DNA of 64,000 nucleotides from an uncultured Gammaproteobacteria bacterium. Lineage in GTDB: Bacteria; Patescibacteriota; Patescibacteriia; Magasanikbacterales; GWA2-37-8. Shown here piece after piece: positions 1-8,043 of the stretch. The stretch is taken from NCBI GenBank assembly GCA_964510885.1, contig CAZEDL010000001.1, positions 129,310 to 193,309 of the forward strand, in the 5' to 3' direction. The notes below the pieces were generated by a model that worked only from the letters and a program-made list of their open reading frames with translations, searched no databases and was not told the DNA's origin. The number at the start of each line of letters is the position of its first letter. The stretch's first letter is position 1. Both the position numbers and the translations under genes were made by a program.

Positions 1-135
1 GATGGGACACTGACCATTGGATGCCTGAGTAGTACCATAGCTCAAGAAATAAAATTACAAGAAAGCAGTTTAATTACCGCTATAAATAAGCGTCTTGGAG
101 CTAGCCTGGTAAAAAAACTTCGTTATTTGCAATAA
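1..135 (+). CDS. 3' end of a DUF721/DciA-like protein (partial)
   Basis: Frame 1 is open from base 1: DGTLTIGCLSSTIAQEIKLQESSLITAINKRLGASLVKKLRYLQ*, a typical DUF721 C-terminal pattern. Confidence 0.7.
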   Translation, partial: DGTLTIGCLSSTIAQEIKLQESSLITAINKRLGASLVKKLRYLQ

Positions 136-156
136 TATTTATTATTACCACTTCAT

Positions 157-838
157 ATGCGAGAAAACTCTGGCCTTAATAGACCGCTAGCTTTCGAAGC
201 TACAGATCCATCTAAGCCGCTGAGCTTGCAAGAATTTACTGAGATACTAGCCGAGACAAATGTCGGTAGCGGCGATGATGATAAATACCTGACTGCCGAA
301 GTTATCAGAGACCATGCTAAAATTTTATTTGCCATGAAAAGCTGCCGGAAATTAAACGATATCTGGAAACTCACAGTGATTTTGATAATCTTGATAGTTT
401 TGCAACGTTTCATCTAGCCAATCAATTGGGAGTTGAGCTCATGCTTGATTCAACTTCCGATGAAACCATTGCCAATGCTTATGAAGATTTAAAAGACTTA
501 AGAAAAACAGAAGATGAGCGGCAAGTATACCTGGGACTCAAAAAAAATCCGGCCACATTAAGGTTGTGGACCTGAGCACAGAACCGTCCGGAAAGGTTGA
601 ACCTCATACTCAATTTAGAAGCGCTGATTTATCAGATTAATCAGACGTGGGTAGCGATGATCCAGAAGCAGATTTTAAGCCAGAGGAAACAGATATTACC
701 CCGCTCCATAGTCCAATCTATATTTCTGGTGAAGCAACCAGCGTAAATTTAGGCTTAGATAAAAAATTAACTGATGAACCTCCAAATACTAAAAAGAAAA
801 AATCAACCCTACCTGGACCGTTAGAAATGATGCTCTAA
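157..838 (+). pseudogene. Broken acidic hypothetical protein (two -1 frameshifts and one in-frame stop)
   Basis: Frame 1 ORF from 157 continues in frame 3 from ~333 (HEKLPEIKRYLETHSDF...), then in frame 2 after the A-run near 540-547. A TAA at 638-640 precedes the in-frame ORF 647..838. Confidence 0.45.
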
Positions 839-871
839 AACTAGCCTAGTTAGATTGATAAAATAAATATT

Positions 872-902
872 AAAAAACACCCCTGTATAATGGGTGTTTT
901 TT
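872..902. terminator. Bidirectional intrinsic terminator
   Basis: aaaaaacaccc-N9-gggtgtttttt between a + ORF and the convergent tRNA-Lys. Confidence 0.7.
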
Positions 903-904
903 CG

Positions 905-977
905 TGGGTCGGCTGGGGTTCGAACCCAGGACCTTATCCTTAAAAGGGATCTGCTCTACCAGCTGAGCTACCGACCC
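905..977 (-). tRNA. tRNA-Lys(TTT)
   Basis: Reverse complement GGGTCGGTAGCTCAGCTGGTAGAGCAGATCC-CTTTTAA-GGATAAGGTCCTGGGTTCGAACCCCAGCCGACCCA folds as a cloverleaf; no encoded CCA. Confidence 0.95.
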
Positions 978-1118
978 GAATATGACCACAAAATAATAGC
1001 ACAGCACCCCAAAATGATCAAGGCCGCTATTCCACAGAATCCCATTTGTCTAAAAAATAGACTTTTTTCAGCTATTTGCTATACTTTCTCTAACTTTAGC
1101 CTTTTCTAAACCTAGTCT

Positions 1119-1694
1119 ATGCTCAACAAAAAATACTTCCAAACCGTACGCGAGGAACTACTATCCTACGCCGAAAAACGTCGCGAAGTCATTAAATCCT
1201 CCGGTGATGCTCAGCACCAGGCTAAACGGGCTATTTTTGCCCTGCAGCGCGATGACCGCCCAGAAGCTAAGAAATGCCTCGATACCGCCAGCGAGCTGCT
1301 TATGGGCCTAAATAAGCGCTACCACAAGAGTCCAGAGTTATTCGAAGAAGGGTCTTACCGAGCCTCGCTTGAAGAATATGTCGAAGCTTGGCTATTTCAT
1401 GAATACCTCGAGGGTCGTGATATGGGCCCGGTCAACGGCCTCACCGTCGACCCGGATTTATATGTTAGCGGCCTCGCTGATGTTCCCGGAGAAATGCTGC
1501 GCTATGCCATTAAAGCTGCCACCGAACGCGATTTTATGATGGTAAAAAAATGCTACCAAGCTGCCGAAATGATTGTCAGCGAAATGGTAGATATGGACCT
1601 CACTGGTTATAACCGCCAAAAATTTGACCAAGCCAAACAAGCTCTCAACAAACTCCAACAAGTAGTATACGAAGTGAGCCTCAAAACGTCATAA
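1119..1694 (+). CDS. Translin/TRAX family protein
   Basis: Helical 191 aa protein with KRAIFALQR, EEYVEA and GLADVPGEMLR motifs typical of translin/TRAX. Confidence 0.85.
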   Translation: MLNKKYFQTVREELLSYAEKRREVIKSSGDAQHQAKRAIFALQRDDRPEAKKCLDTASELLMGLNKRYHKSPELFEEGSYRASLEEYVEAWLFHEYLEGRDMGPVNGLTVDPDLYVSGLADVPGEMLRYAIKAATERDFMMVKKCYQAAEMIVSEMVDMDLTGYNRQKFDQAKQALNKLQQVVYEVSLKTS

Positions 1695-1710
1695 TACTCG
1701 ATAGAGCGGT

Positions 1711-3027
1711 ATGTCGTTTGTGTCGAGATTTAAAAATTATGGCCACCTGCTAGTCGCAATACTGGCCTATTGGCGCTATGGCCGACCCGCCCGACAGCTG
1801 GTCGTTGTTGGCGTCACGGGCACCAAAGGTAAATCCACCACCAGTCGCCTGATCGCTTCGGTGCTAGAAGCCGGTGGTAAAAAAGTTGGCCTACTTTCAA
1901 CCGTCGAATTCCAGATTGGCTCTGAACGTTTCCCAAACGAACGCAAAATGACGATGCTTGGCCACGGCGAAATTCAAGGTCTGCTCAGGCGTATGGTAAG
2001 TGCTGGCTGCACGCATGTGGTGGTTGAAACCTCATCTCAGGGAATTCTGCAATATCGCCACTATGGTCTGCATTATGATATTGCCGTCTTTACCAATTTA
2101 GCACCCGAACATGTCGAAGCACATGGCGGATTTGACAATTTAAAAAGGGATAAAGGAAAATTATTCGCCGCTCTTAACAATCCCCACAAAGAATTAAACG
2201 GGATAATTATTCCTAAAATAATCGTCGCCAATAGCGACGACGAGCATGCCGACTATTATTTAAATTTTAAAGCCGATCAAAAATACGCCTATACACTAAA
2301 GTCATCGAGCCATCCTACTTCTGCTGTTTCTGTTATCCAAGCGAGCGATATTACGAGCACTGGGCAGGGGAGTACTTTTACCGTATCGGGACAAAAATAT
2401 TCTCTACCGTTATTTGGCATATTCAACGTAAGTAATGCCCTGGCTGCAATTACTGTAGCAAAAGCCGTCGGCATCTCAAGTACCGACATTGCTTCGGGCC
2501 TAGTGAGTGTCAGCCATATTACTGGCCGCCTTGAAGCTATCGACTGCGGCCAACCCTTTAAAGTATTTGTGGATTATGCCCACGATCCGCTCAGCATCAA
2601 AAGCGTCCTTGAAGCGGTGCGACAATTACACCTGGCTGCCGGCCAAAAACTTATTTCTGTAATTGGTTCTGATGGCGGCGGTCGCGATGTCGGCAAACGC
2701 AGAGTTACTGGTGAACTCGCGAAAAAACTATCGGATATCGTTATTGTTACCACCACCGATCCCTATGACGAAGACCCGGCTGCCATTGTTGAGATGGTAG
2801 TTGCCGGGGCTCTTAGATCAGGAGGAGTCATTAATCAATCAGTATTTGAAATTCCTGATCGCAAAATCGCTATCGAAAAGGCTCTGTCGCTCGCTGGCAG
2901 GGGAGATGCCGTGATACTTACCGCCAAAGGCCATGAAACGTGTATGGCAGTAAAAAACGGCCAGAAAATCCCGTGGAGCGACCGCTCTGTTGTAGAGGCT
3001 TACCTAAAAAGTCGGCCACTACCTTAA
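1711..3027 (+). CDS. murE: UDP-N-acetylmuramyl-tripeptide synthetase
   Basis: GVTGTKGKSTT P-loop, VVETSS, FTNLAPEH, GRLE, VDYAHDP, AKGHE. Confidence 0.92.
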   Translation: MSFVSRFKNYGHLLVAILAYWRYGRPARQLVVVGVTGTKGKSTTSRLIASVLEAGGKKVGLLSTVEFQIGSERFPNERKMTMLGHGEIQGLLRRMVSAGCTHVVVETSSQGILQYRHYGLHYDIAVFTNLAPEHVEAHGGFDNLKRDKGKLFAALNNPHKELNGIIIPKIIVANSDDEHADYYLNFKADQKYAYTLKSSSHPTSAVSVIQASDITSTGQGSTFTVSGQKYSLPLFGIFNVSNALAAITVAKAVGISSTDIASGLVSVSHITGRLEAIDCGQPFKVFVDYAHDPLSIKSVLEAVRQLHLAAGQKLISVIGSDGGGRDVGKRRVTGELAKKLSDIVIVTTTDPYDEDPAAIVEMVVAGALRSGGVINQSVFEIPDRKIAIEKALSLAGRGDAVILTAKGHETCMAVKNGQKIPWSDRSVVEAYLKSRPLP

Positions 3028-3061
3028 CCTGTGGTATACTACTAAGCACCATACATTACCT

Positions 3062-3469
3062 ATGCCGCAGCGTCCGCGCTGGAATGCTTTTTTTGCTTCA
3101 CAATGGACCACCATTATATTGCTGGCTTTGTTAGTGTTACTCGCAATCGGCTACGGCTCGGCCTATTATCAGCATTACCAAGTACAACAAGAAATAAGAC
3201 GCCTCGAGCGCCAAGCCGAAGACCTCAAAGCCAAAAAATTAAAAACCTTGGAATTGCTCAAATATGTCGAATCCCCAGCCTTTGTAGAAGAGCGGGCTCG
3301 CCTCGAGCTCAATCTCGGCCGCCCTGGTGAGAAAATGATGGTAATTGATTCTGGCGCCGCCGCTCCGCCTAGACAATCCCTAGTGAATATGTTAGAACAA
3401 AACCGGCCGGTATTATCCAACCAAACTAAATGGTGGAATTACTTTTTCTCCCCGGCAGGCGACACATAA
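3062..3469 (+). CDS. Septum formation initiator, FtsB/DivIC family
   Basis: Single TM helix, coiled coil, VEERARLELNLGRPGE motif. Confidence 0.8.
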   Translation: MPQRPRWNAFFASQWTTIILLALLVLLAIGYGSAYYQHYQVQQEIRRLERQAEDLKAKKLKTLELLKYVESPAFVEERARLELNLGRPGEKMMVIDSGAAAPPRQSLVNMLEQNRPVLSNQTKWWNYFFSPAGDT

Positions 3470-3513
3470 GCTAGTACCTATAGTATATTAAATTTTTTTC
3501 ATCATCTCATCCT

Positions 3514-4542
3514 ATGGAAACTACTGATCTAAAACAAATGCCGCGCCTGACTAGTAATCAAAACCTACGCAATTTTATATACGGAATTGCCGGCCTCTTA
3601 ATCGTAGCAATCGTGGCTGTGGTCGGGACCGGAATCTTCCGAGTCTATCGCCAAGGAGCCACCGATCGTTTCAGCCGCACCGTGGCGAGCGCCTTGCATT
3701 TGCCAATTGCTAAAATCAACGGCGAAACCATTCTCTACAGCGATTATGCGCACGACCTTGAAGCTATTAATCTAAAAAGCGCCTACGATAAATCGCACAA
3801 TGGCCCGACCGCAAATCTTAGCAATGTTGAAAAATCAGACCAAGTATTGTGGCGCCTTAGCAACAACGCGCTTATCGAAGCCAGTGCCAAAAAATATAAT
3901 GTCACCGCTTCTCCTGAAGAGATAAAAGAGATCAGAGAAAAAATTCTGACAAAATTCAATGGCGACGCCGCCGCCGCAGACACCCAATTATCGGCTGAAT
4001 TTGGTTGGAATTTAGCCACCTATGAACAGAAGGTCGTTGTCCCTTATATTCTAGGGAGCAAAATCATAGCCATTCTCGAAACAGAGCCGACCACTCGCAA
4101 CGAAAGCCGTGCCTTGGCCCAAAGCATTCTTGATCAACTCAAAAAAGGAGCTGATTTCGCCGATCTGGCCGCCCGCTATGGCGAGGATGGCAGCGCCGAA
4201 GATGGCGGGGATCTTGGTTGGTTTGGACGCGGAGTGATGGTGCCGCAGTTTGAAACACCGGCCTTTAAACTTAAAAAAGGCGAGCTAAGCCCAGAGTTAG
4301 TTGAAACCACGTATGGGTTTCACATCATTAAAGTCGAAGACACTCGCGTAAATAATGAAAAAGATCCTAAGACCAATAAACCTGTCGGCCAAGAAATAAA
4401 AGGCCGTCATATCCTAATTCGCTTCGCTAGCTTAACCCGCTTTCTAAATGAACAAACTCGCACGGCCGATTTGCACTTATACGTAAATATCCATAATCCA
4501 TTCAAAGAGCCGCCGACCACAACTCCAGCTCCTCAATCCTAA
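3514..4542 (+). CDS. Membrane-anchored parvulin-type peptidylprolyl isomerase (PrsA/SurA-like)
   Basis: N-terminal TM helix, SurA-N-like region, FADLAARYGED..GGDLGWF..MVPQFE..YGFHII. Confidence 0.9.
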   Translation: METTDLKQMPRLTSNQNLRNFIYGIAGLLIVAIVAVVGTGIFRVYRQGATDRFSRTVASALHLPIAKINGETILYSDYAHDLEAINLKSAYDKSHNGPTANLSNVEKSDQVLWRLSNNALIEASAKKYNVTASPEEIKEIREKILTKFNGDAAAADTQLSAEFGWNLATYEQKVVVPYILGSKIIAILETEPTTRNESRALAQSILDQLKKGADFADLAARYGEDGSAEDGGDLGWFGRGVMVPQFETPAFKLKKGELSPELVETTYGFHIIKVEDTRVNNEKDPKTNKPVGQEIKGRHILIRFASLTRFLNEQTRTADLHLYVNIHNPFKEPPTTTPAPQS

Positions 4543-4566
4543 ATTCTGGCCGCCATGCGGCCTCCT

Positions 4567-4637
4567 GCGGGCGTAGTACAATGGTAGTACATTGGCTTCC
4601 CAAGCCAAGGACGTGGGTCCGATTCCCATCGCCCGCT
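4567..4637 (+). tRNA. tRNA-Gly(CCC)
   Basis: GCGGGCGTAGTACAATGGTAGTACA-TTGGC-TTCCCAA-GCCAA-GGACGTGGGTCCGATTCCCATCGCCCGCT; the T-loop reads TCCGATT. Confidence 0.92.
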
Positions 4638-4796
4638 CAAAAATGAAATAAAATTTGACAACTAAATTAATCTACCGAACTTGATAACTTCCCTAATCGG
4701 ACAGGGGGAAGGATTGGGAACCGCCAGGTTCCCACTGCTGCTGGGGAGAGCACACGAGAGGGCGAAAGCCCTTTCGTGAGAGGCACGAAGTGCCGA

Positions 4797-4821
4797 GTCC
4801 GATTCCCATCGCCCGATCAAA
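4797..4821 (+). repeat. Direct repeat of the tRNA-Gly 3' end (att-like)
   Basis: gtccgattcccatcgcccg(a)tcaaa matches 4617-4641 gtccgattcccatcgcccg(c)tcaaa at 24/25. Confidence 0.9.
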
Positions 4822-4822
4822 C

Positions 4823-4853
4823 AAAAAATCTATGCCGTCTGGCATAGATTTTT
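4823..4853. terminator. Bidirectional intrinsic terminator
   Basis: aaaaatctatgcc-gtct-ggcatagattttt. Confidence 0.8.
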
Positions 4854-4867
4854 ATTTTAAGGTATAT

Positions 4868-5206
4868 TTATCCGTATTGCTGAATCGAGCTTTTACGGGC
4901 CTCGGCCTGAGTACTGAGTTCCGTTTTAATCCGCTCCGCTTCTGCCTCAACCAGCTCCCCATCATATTCACCCGCATGAGCGGTAACACCGGTATAGACC
5001 GTTGCCCGCTGGTCAAGATGCAAATTGAGCTGAGCGGTTTCACCCCGGTCCTCAACATACAAATGAAACCGGGGGTACAAATCATGCCGTACCCGACGCA
5101 CAAAACTTTGCGTACCATGCCGACGATCTTGAAGAACACTATACCCAAGGCGGCGGAGAGTAATGGTCGGATTACCTAATTCTATTTTAGAAATCATTAT
5201 TTTCAT
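4868..5206 (-). CDS. Conserved-looking hypothetical protein
   Basis: 112 aa ORF with YPRFHLYV, LNLHLDQ and HAGEYDG motifs that I associate with CPR hypotheticals; ends at the terminator. Confidence 0.75.
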   Translation of the reverse strand: MKIMISKIELGNPTITLRRLGYSVLQDRRHGTQSFVRRVRHDLYPRFHLYVEDRGETAQLNLHLDQRATVYTGVTAHAGEYDGELVEAEAERIKTELSTQAEARKSSIQQYG

Positions 5207-5214
5207 AAATATCT

Positions 5215-5658
5215 ATGTTATCACAGGATACACCGCAACACTTTGCCGATCAAGAGCAAGAAAAATTTGACCAAATCCGCGCATGGGAAAAACTTCTTAC
5301 GGAAGCTGTTTTCCAAACTTTTGTAGTAAAACAACTCTTCCCCGAAGCAGAAAGTGACGAAGCTGCTTTTGGAAAATACATTGGGGAAACCCCGGCTACT
5401 GGCTATAACACTGATTATCGAGCCGCCCTTAAAGAAATTAAAGATAACGACGATTATTCAAAATTAAGGGACGAACTTAAAAGTGTGATTGCTTTATGTC
5501 ATACTGAAAATCCAACCGGGGCTCAAAGTGTAAAAAGTGCCCGCGTGGACACCCTAATTACTAACTTACCAGAAGGCGCCAAAGAAGCAATTGGTCATTT
5601 TACGGCTGGGCTAACTGAAGTAATTCACACTATAAGAGCCAAAAAAAGTAAAAACTAG
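5215..5658 (+). CDS. Hypothetical protein
   Basis: 147 aa ORF, 3 bp from the next gene. Confidence 0.7.
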   Translation: MLSQDTPQHFADQEQEKFDQIRAWEKLLTEAVFQTFVVKQLFPEAESDEAAFGKYIGETPATGYNTDYRAALKEIKDNDDYSKLRDELKSVIALCHTENPTGAQSVKSARVDTLITNLPEGAKEAIGHFTAGLTEVIHTIRAKKSKN

Positions 5659-5661
5659 CAT

Positions 5662-5988
5662 ATGATTGAATCAGACTACGTCCGATTAGTAATTTGCACC
5701 CCAACAACACATGCGGATATCGTACGAAGCGCTCTAGGAGATGCCGGGGCAGGGGAGCAGGGCAACTATAGTCATTGTTCCTCTTCATACCGAAGCACAG
5801 GGCGTTTCATACCGCTAACCGGAGCCGATCCAGCTGTTGGAACCATAGGAGTGCTCGAAACAGTTGCCGAAGAAACAATCGTTACTATTTGTCATAAAGA
5901 CAAGCTAAAAGATGTAATTGCTGCAGTCAAAAAAGTGCACCCTTACGAAGAAGTCCCGATTGACATAATACCTCGTTTTGAGGTATAA
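5662..5988 (+). CDS. YqfO/Nif3 middle-domain (PII/CutA-like) protein
   Basis: AGAGEQGNYSHCS, GRFIPLTGADP and HPYEEVPIDI motifs. Confidence 0.85.
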   Translation: MIESDYVRLVICTPTTHADIVRSALGDAGAGEQGNYSHCSSSYRSTGRFIPLTGADPAVGTIGVLETVAEETIVTICHKDKLKDVIAAVKKVHPYEEVPIDIIPRFEV

Positions 5989-6013
5989 CGTGTAAGCCAA
6001 AACGGCCAAATAT

Positions 6014-6086
6014 GCCGCCTTAGCTCAGTTGGTAGAGCGACACATTCGTAACGTGTAGGTCCGGGGTTCGATCCCCCGAGGTGGCT
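6014..6086 (+). tRNA. tRNA-Thr(CGT)
   Basis: GCCGCCTTAGCTCAGTTGGTAGAGCG-ACACA-TTCGTAA-CGTGT-AGGTCCGGGGTTCGATCCCCCGAGGTGGCT. Confidence 0.95.
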
Positions 6087-6100
6087 CGCGTATTATCCAC

Positions 6101-6124
6101 AAACCGACTATAGGTCGGTTTTTT
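6101..6124 (+). terminator. Intrinsic terminator after tRNA-Thr
   Basis: aaaccgac-tatag-gtcggttt followed by a T-run. Confidence 0.75.
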
Positions 6125-6138
6125 AATTATTATTTTAA

Positions 6139-6147
6139 TGCTATAAT
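6139..6147 (+). promoter_or_regulatory. Extended -10 promoter of ftsE (near-leaderless mRNA)
   Basis: TGcTATAAT ends 8 nt before the ATG at 6156. Confidence 0.6.
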
Positions 6148-6155
6148 GGACATCT

Positions 6156-6836
6156 ATGATAAAGCTGCATGGTGTTTCCAAATTCTATTCTCACAATTCA
6201 GTCGGCCTTCGCGATATTAATCTTGATATCAAAGCCGGAGAATTTGTCTCGGTAGTTGGCCAAAGTGGGGTAGGCAAGACCACTTTCATCAAACTTCTTA
6301 TTGCCGAAGAACGCCCTACCAAGGGTACCATCGAAATCGGCGGCTGGAATATTACCAAAATTAACCGTGATACCATTCCATACCTTCGCCGCCAGATCGG
6401 CGTAATTTTTCAGGATTTTAAATTATTGCCCAAAAAAACCGTGTTTGAAAATGTAGCTTTTGCTCTCGAAGTCGCTGGTGCACCATCCTCGCGAATCAAA
6501 GAAGTTGTCCCAAAAGTTCTTGATATCGTCGGCCTCAGCGGCAAACACCACCGCTTTCCGAACCAGATCTCTGGTGGAGAGCAGCAGCGCGTGGTTATTG
6601 CCCGATCCCTGGTGCATACACCAAAAATTATTGTGGCCGATGAGCCCACTGGCAACCTTGATTCGATTAACACCGAAGAAATTATTTCTATTCTAAAAAA
6701 AATCAACGAATTCGGCACCACGATAGTGCTTGTTACGCATAATCGCGAAGTGGTTAATCACCTACGACGCCGTGTCGTCACCTTGCATGACGGCCAAATT
6801 ATCAATGATAGCCTAGAAGGAAAGTATATCTTATAA
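6156..6836 (+). CDS. ftsE: Cell division ATP-binding protein FtsE
   Basis: GQSGVGKT, YLRRQIGVIFQDFKLL, ISGGEQQRV, ADEPTGNLD; upstream of ftsX. Confidence 0.95.
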   Translation: MIKLHGVSKFYSHNSVGLRDINLDIKAGEFVSVVGQSGVGKTTFIKLLIAEERPTKGTIEIGGWNITKINRDTIPYLRRQIGVIFQDFKLLPKKTVFENVAFALEVAGAPSSRIKEVVPKVLDIVGLSGKHHRFPNQISGGEQQRVVIARSLVHTPKIIVADEPTGNLDSINTEEIISILKKINEFGTTIVLVTHNREVVNHLRRRVVTLHDGQIINDSLEGKYIL

Positions 6837-6904
6837 AAGCTTGTTCTTTGCGTATAATTACTAACAATTTAGCATTGTAACACTTTAACAATTCCGGCAT
6901 ACGT

Positions 6905-7813
6905 ATGGTATCACTACTCCGAATCATAAAATTCGCCTTTCAAGACATCGCTCGCAACCTCGGCCTGTCGCTCATGACGGTGTTTATTTTGGTGCTCATG
7001 CTTGTTTCGGTCAACATGCTCTGGTCCGTGAAGATTCTTACCACCGAAGCCGTCACCTTAGTGAAAGATCAGGTAAATGTCAGCCTCTACCTGAACGGTG
7101 AAGTGACCGACAAGGATGTCACCAGTGTTACCGATTACATCAAATCATTCCCCGAAGTTACGAGCCTCAAAACCCTCACTCGAGCCGAAGTGCTACAGAC
7201 ATTTAAAGATCGTCACCAGGTACGCACAGAAGTATTGCAAGCGCTTGAAGAACTTGGGGGCAACCCATTTGGCCCGACCCTTGTCATCACTGCCCGAGAA
7301 CCTGGGGATTACACCAAAATTATTGATGCCCTGAATGTCCCAGAATATGATCATCTGATCGAGGCTAAAAGCTTCGATGGGCATGAAGCCGCTATTGACC
7401 GTATCCAGATCATTACGAACCGGGTAGAAAAAATCGGGCTTGGCTTATCGCTCGTGTTTGCGATTATTTCGTTCTTGATCATCTTTAATACCATCCGTGT
7501 AGCCATCTATACCCAGCGGGTAGAAATCAGCATCAAACGCCTCGTAGGGGCGAATAACTGGTTCATTCGTGGCCCATACCTCGTGGAATCAGTCATTTTC
7601 ACCTTCATTAGCCTGGTGATCACTGGCGGCCTGATTTACTTTACCCTTAGCCATTTTGACCCCTATTTAAGCGTAGTCTTCCCCAGCTCCTTCTCCTTGA
7701 CAAGTTACTATAAGTTGCATATCTTGTTCTTGTGCTTAATCCAAGGCGGAGCGGTATTATTCCTGACCACCATCTCCAGCAGCCTAGCGATGAGCAAAAA
7801 TCTCAAAGTCTAG
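6905..7813 (+). CDS. ftsX: Cell division permease FtsX
   Basis: TM / extracellular domain / 3 TM layout; NTIRVAIY..EISIKRLVGA..FIRGPY. Confidence 0.93.
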   Translation: MVSLLRIIKFAFQDIARNLGLSLMTVFILVLMLVSVNMLWSVKILTTEAVTLVKDQVNVSLYLNGEVTDKDVTSVTDYIKSFPEVTSLKTLTRAEVLQTFKDRHQVRTEVLQALEELGGNPFGPTLVITAREPGDYTKIIDALNVPEYDHLIEAKSFDGHEAAIDRIQIITNRVEKIGLGLSLVFAIISFLIIFNTIRVAIYTQRVEISIKRLVGANNWFIRGPYLVESVIFTFISLVITGGLIYFTLSHFDPYLSVVFPSSFSLTSYYKLHILFLCLIQGGAVLFLTTISSSLAMSKNLKV

Positions 7814-7875
7814 CGGAAATAGGGGAGTACACACCTATCCGTCCGCCACGGCAGACGGATTTTTCAATAGTATAT

Positions 7876-7946
7876 TCGGGGATCGTCTAACGGTAGGACA
7901 GCAGCCTTTGAAGCTGTTTATCTTGGTTCGATTCCAAGTCCCCGAG
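7876..7946 (+). tRNA. tRNA-Gln(TTG)
   Basis: TCGGGGATCGTCTAACGGTAGGACA-GCAGC-CTTTGAA-GCTGT-TTATCTTGGTTCGATTCCAAGTCCCCGAG. Confidence 0.95.
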
Positions 7947-8043
7947 CAAGAAAGCGCACCCAACATGCGCTTTTTTATATATAGATGTTTTGACCCAGCG
8001 CAAAGAACAGGTTACAATATCTGCTCAATAATTTTTCACCTCT

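Noticed and set aside
894-1109. 71 aa + strand ORF
   Set aside because: It is the antisense reading of tRNA-Lys and its promoter region.
4638-4796. Group I intron in tRNA-Gly
   Set aside because: The tRNA is already complete upstream, the insert is short, and I could not identify P7 or other catalytic-core sequences.
4790-5179. + strand ORFs 4790..5179 and 4852..5148
   Set aside because: Shadows of the more protein-like minus-strand gene 4868..5206; the first also runs through the repeat and terminator.
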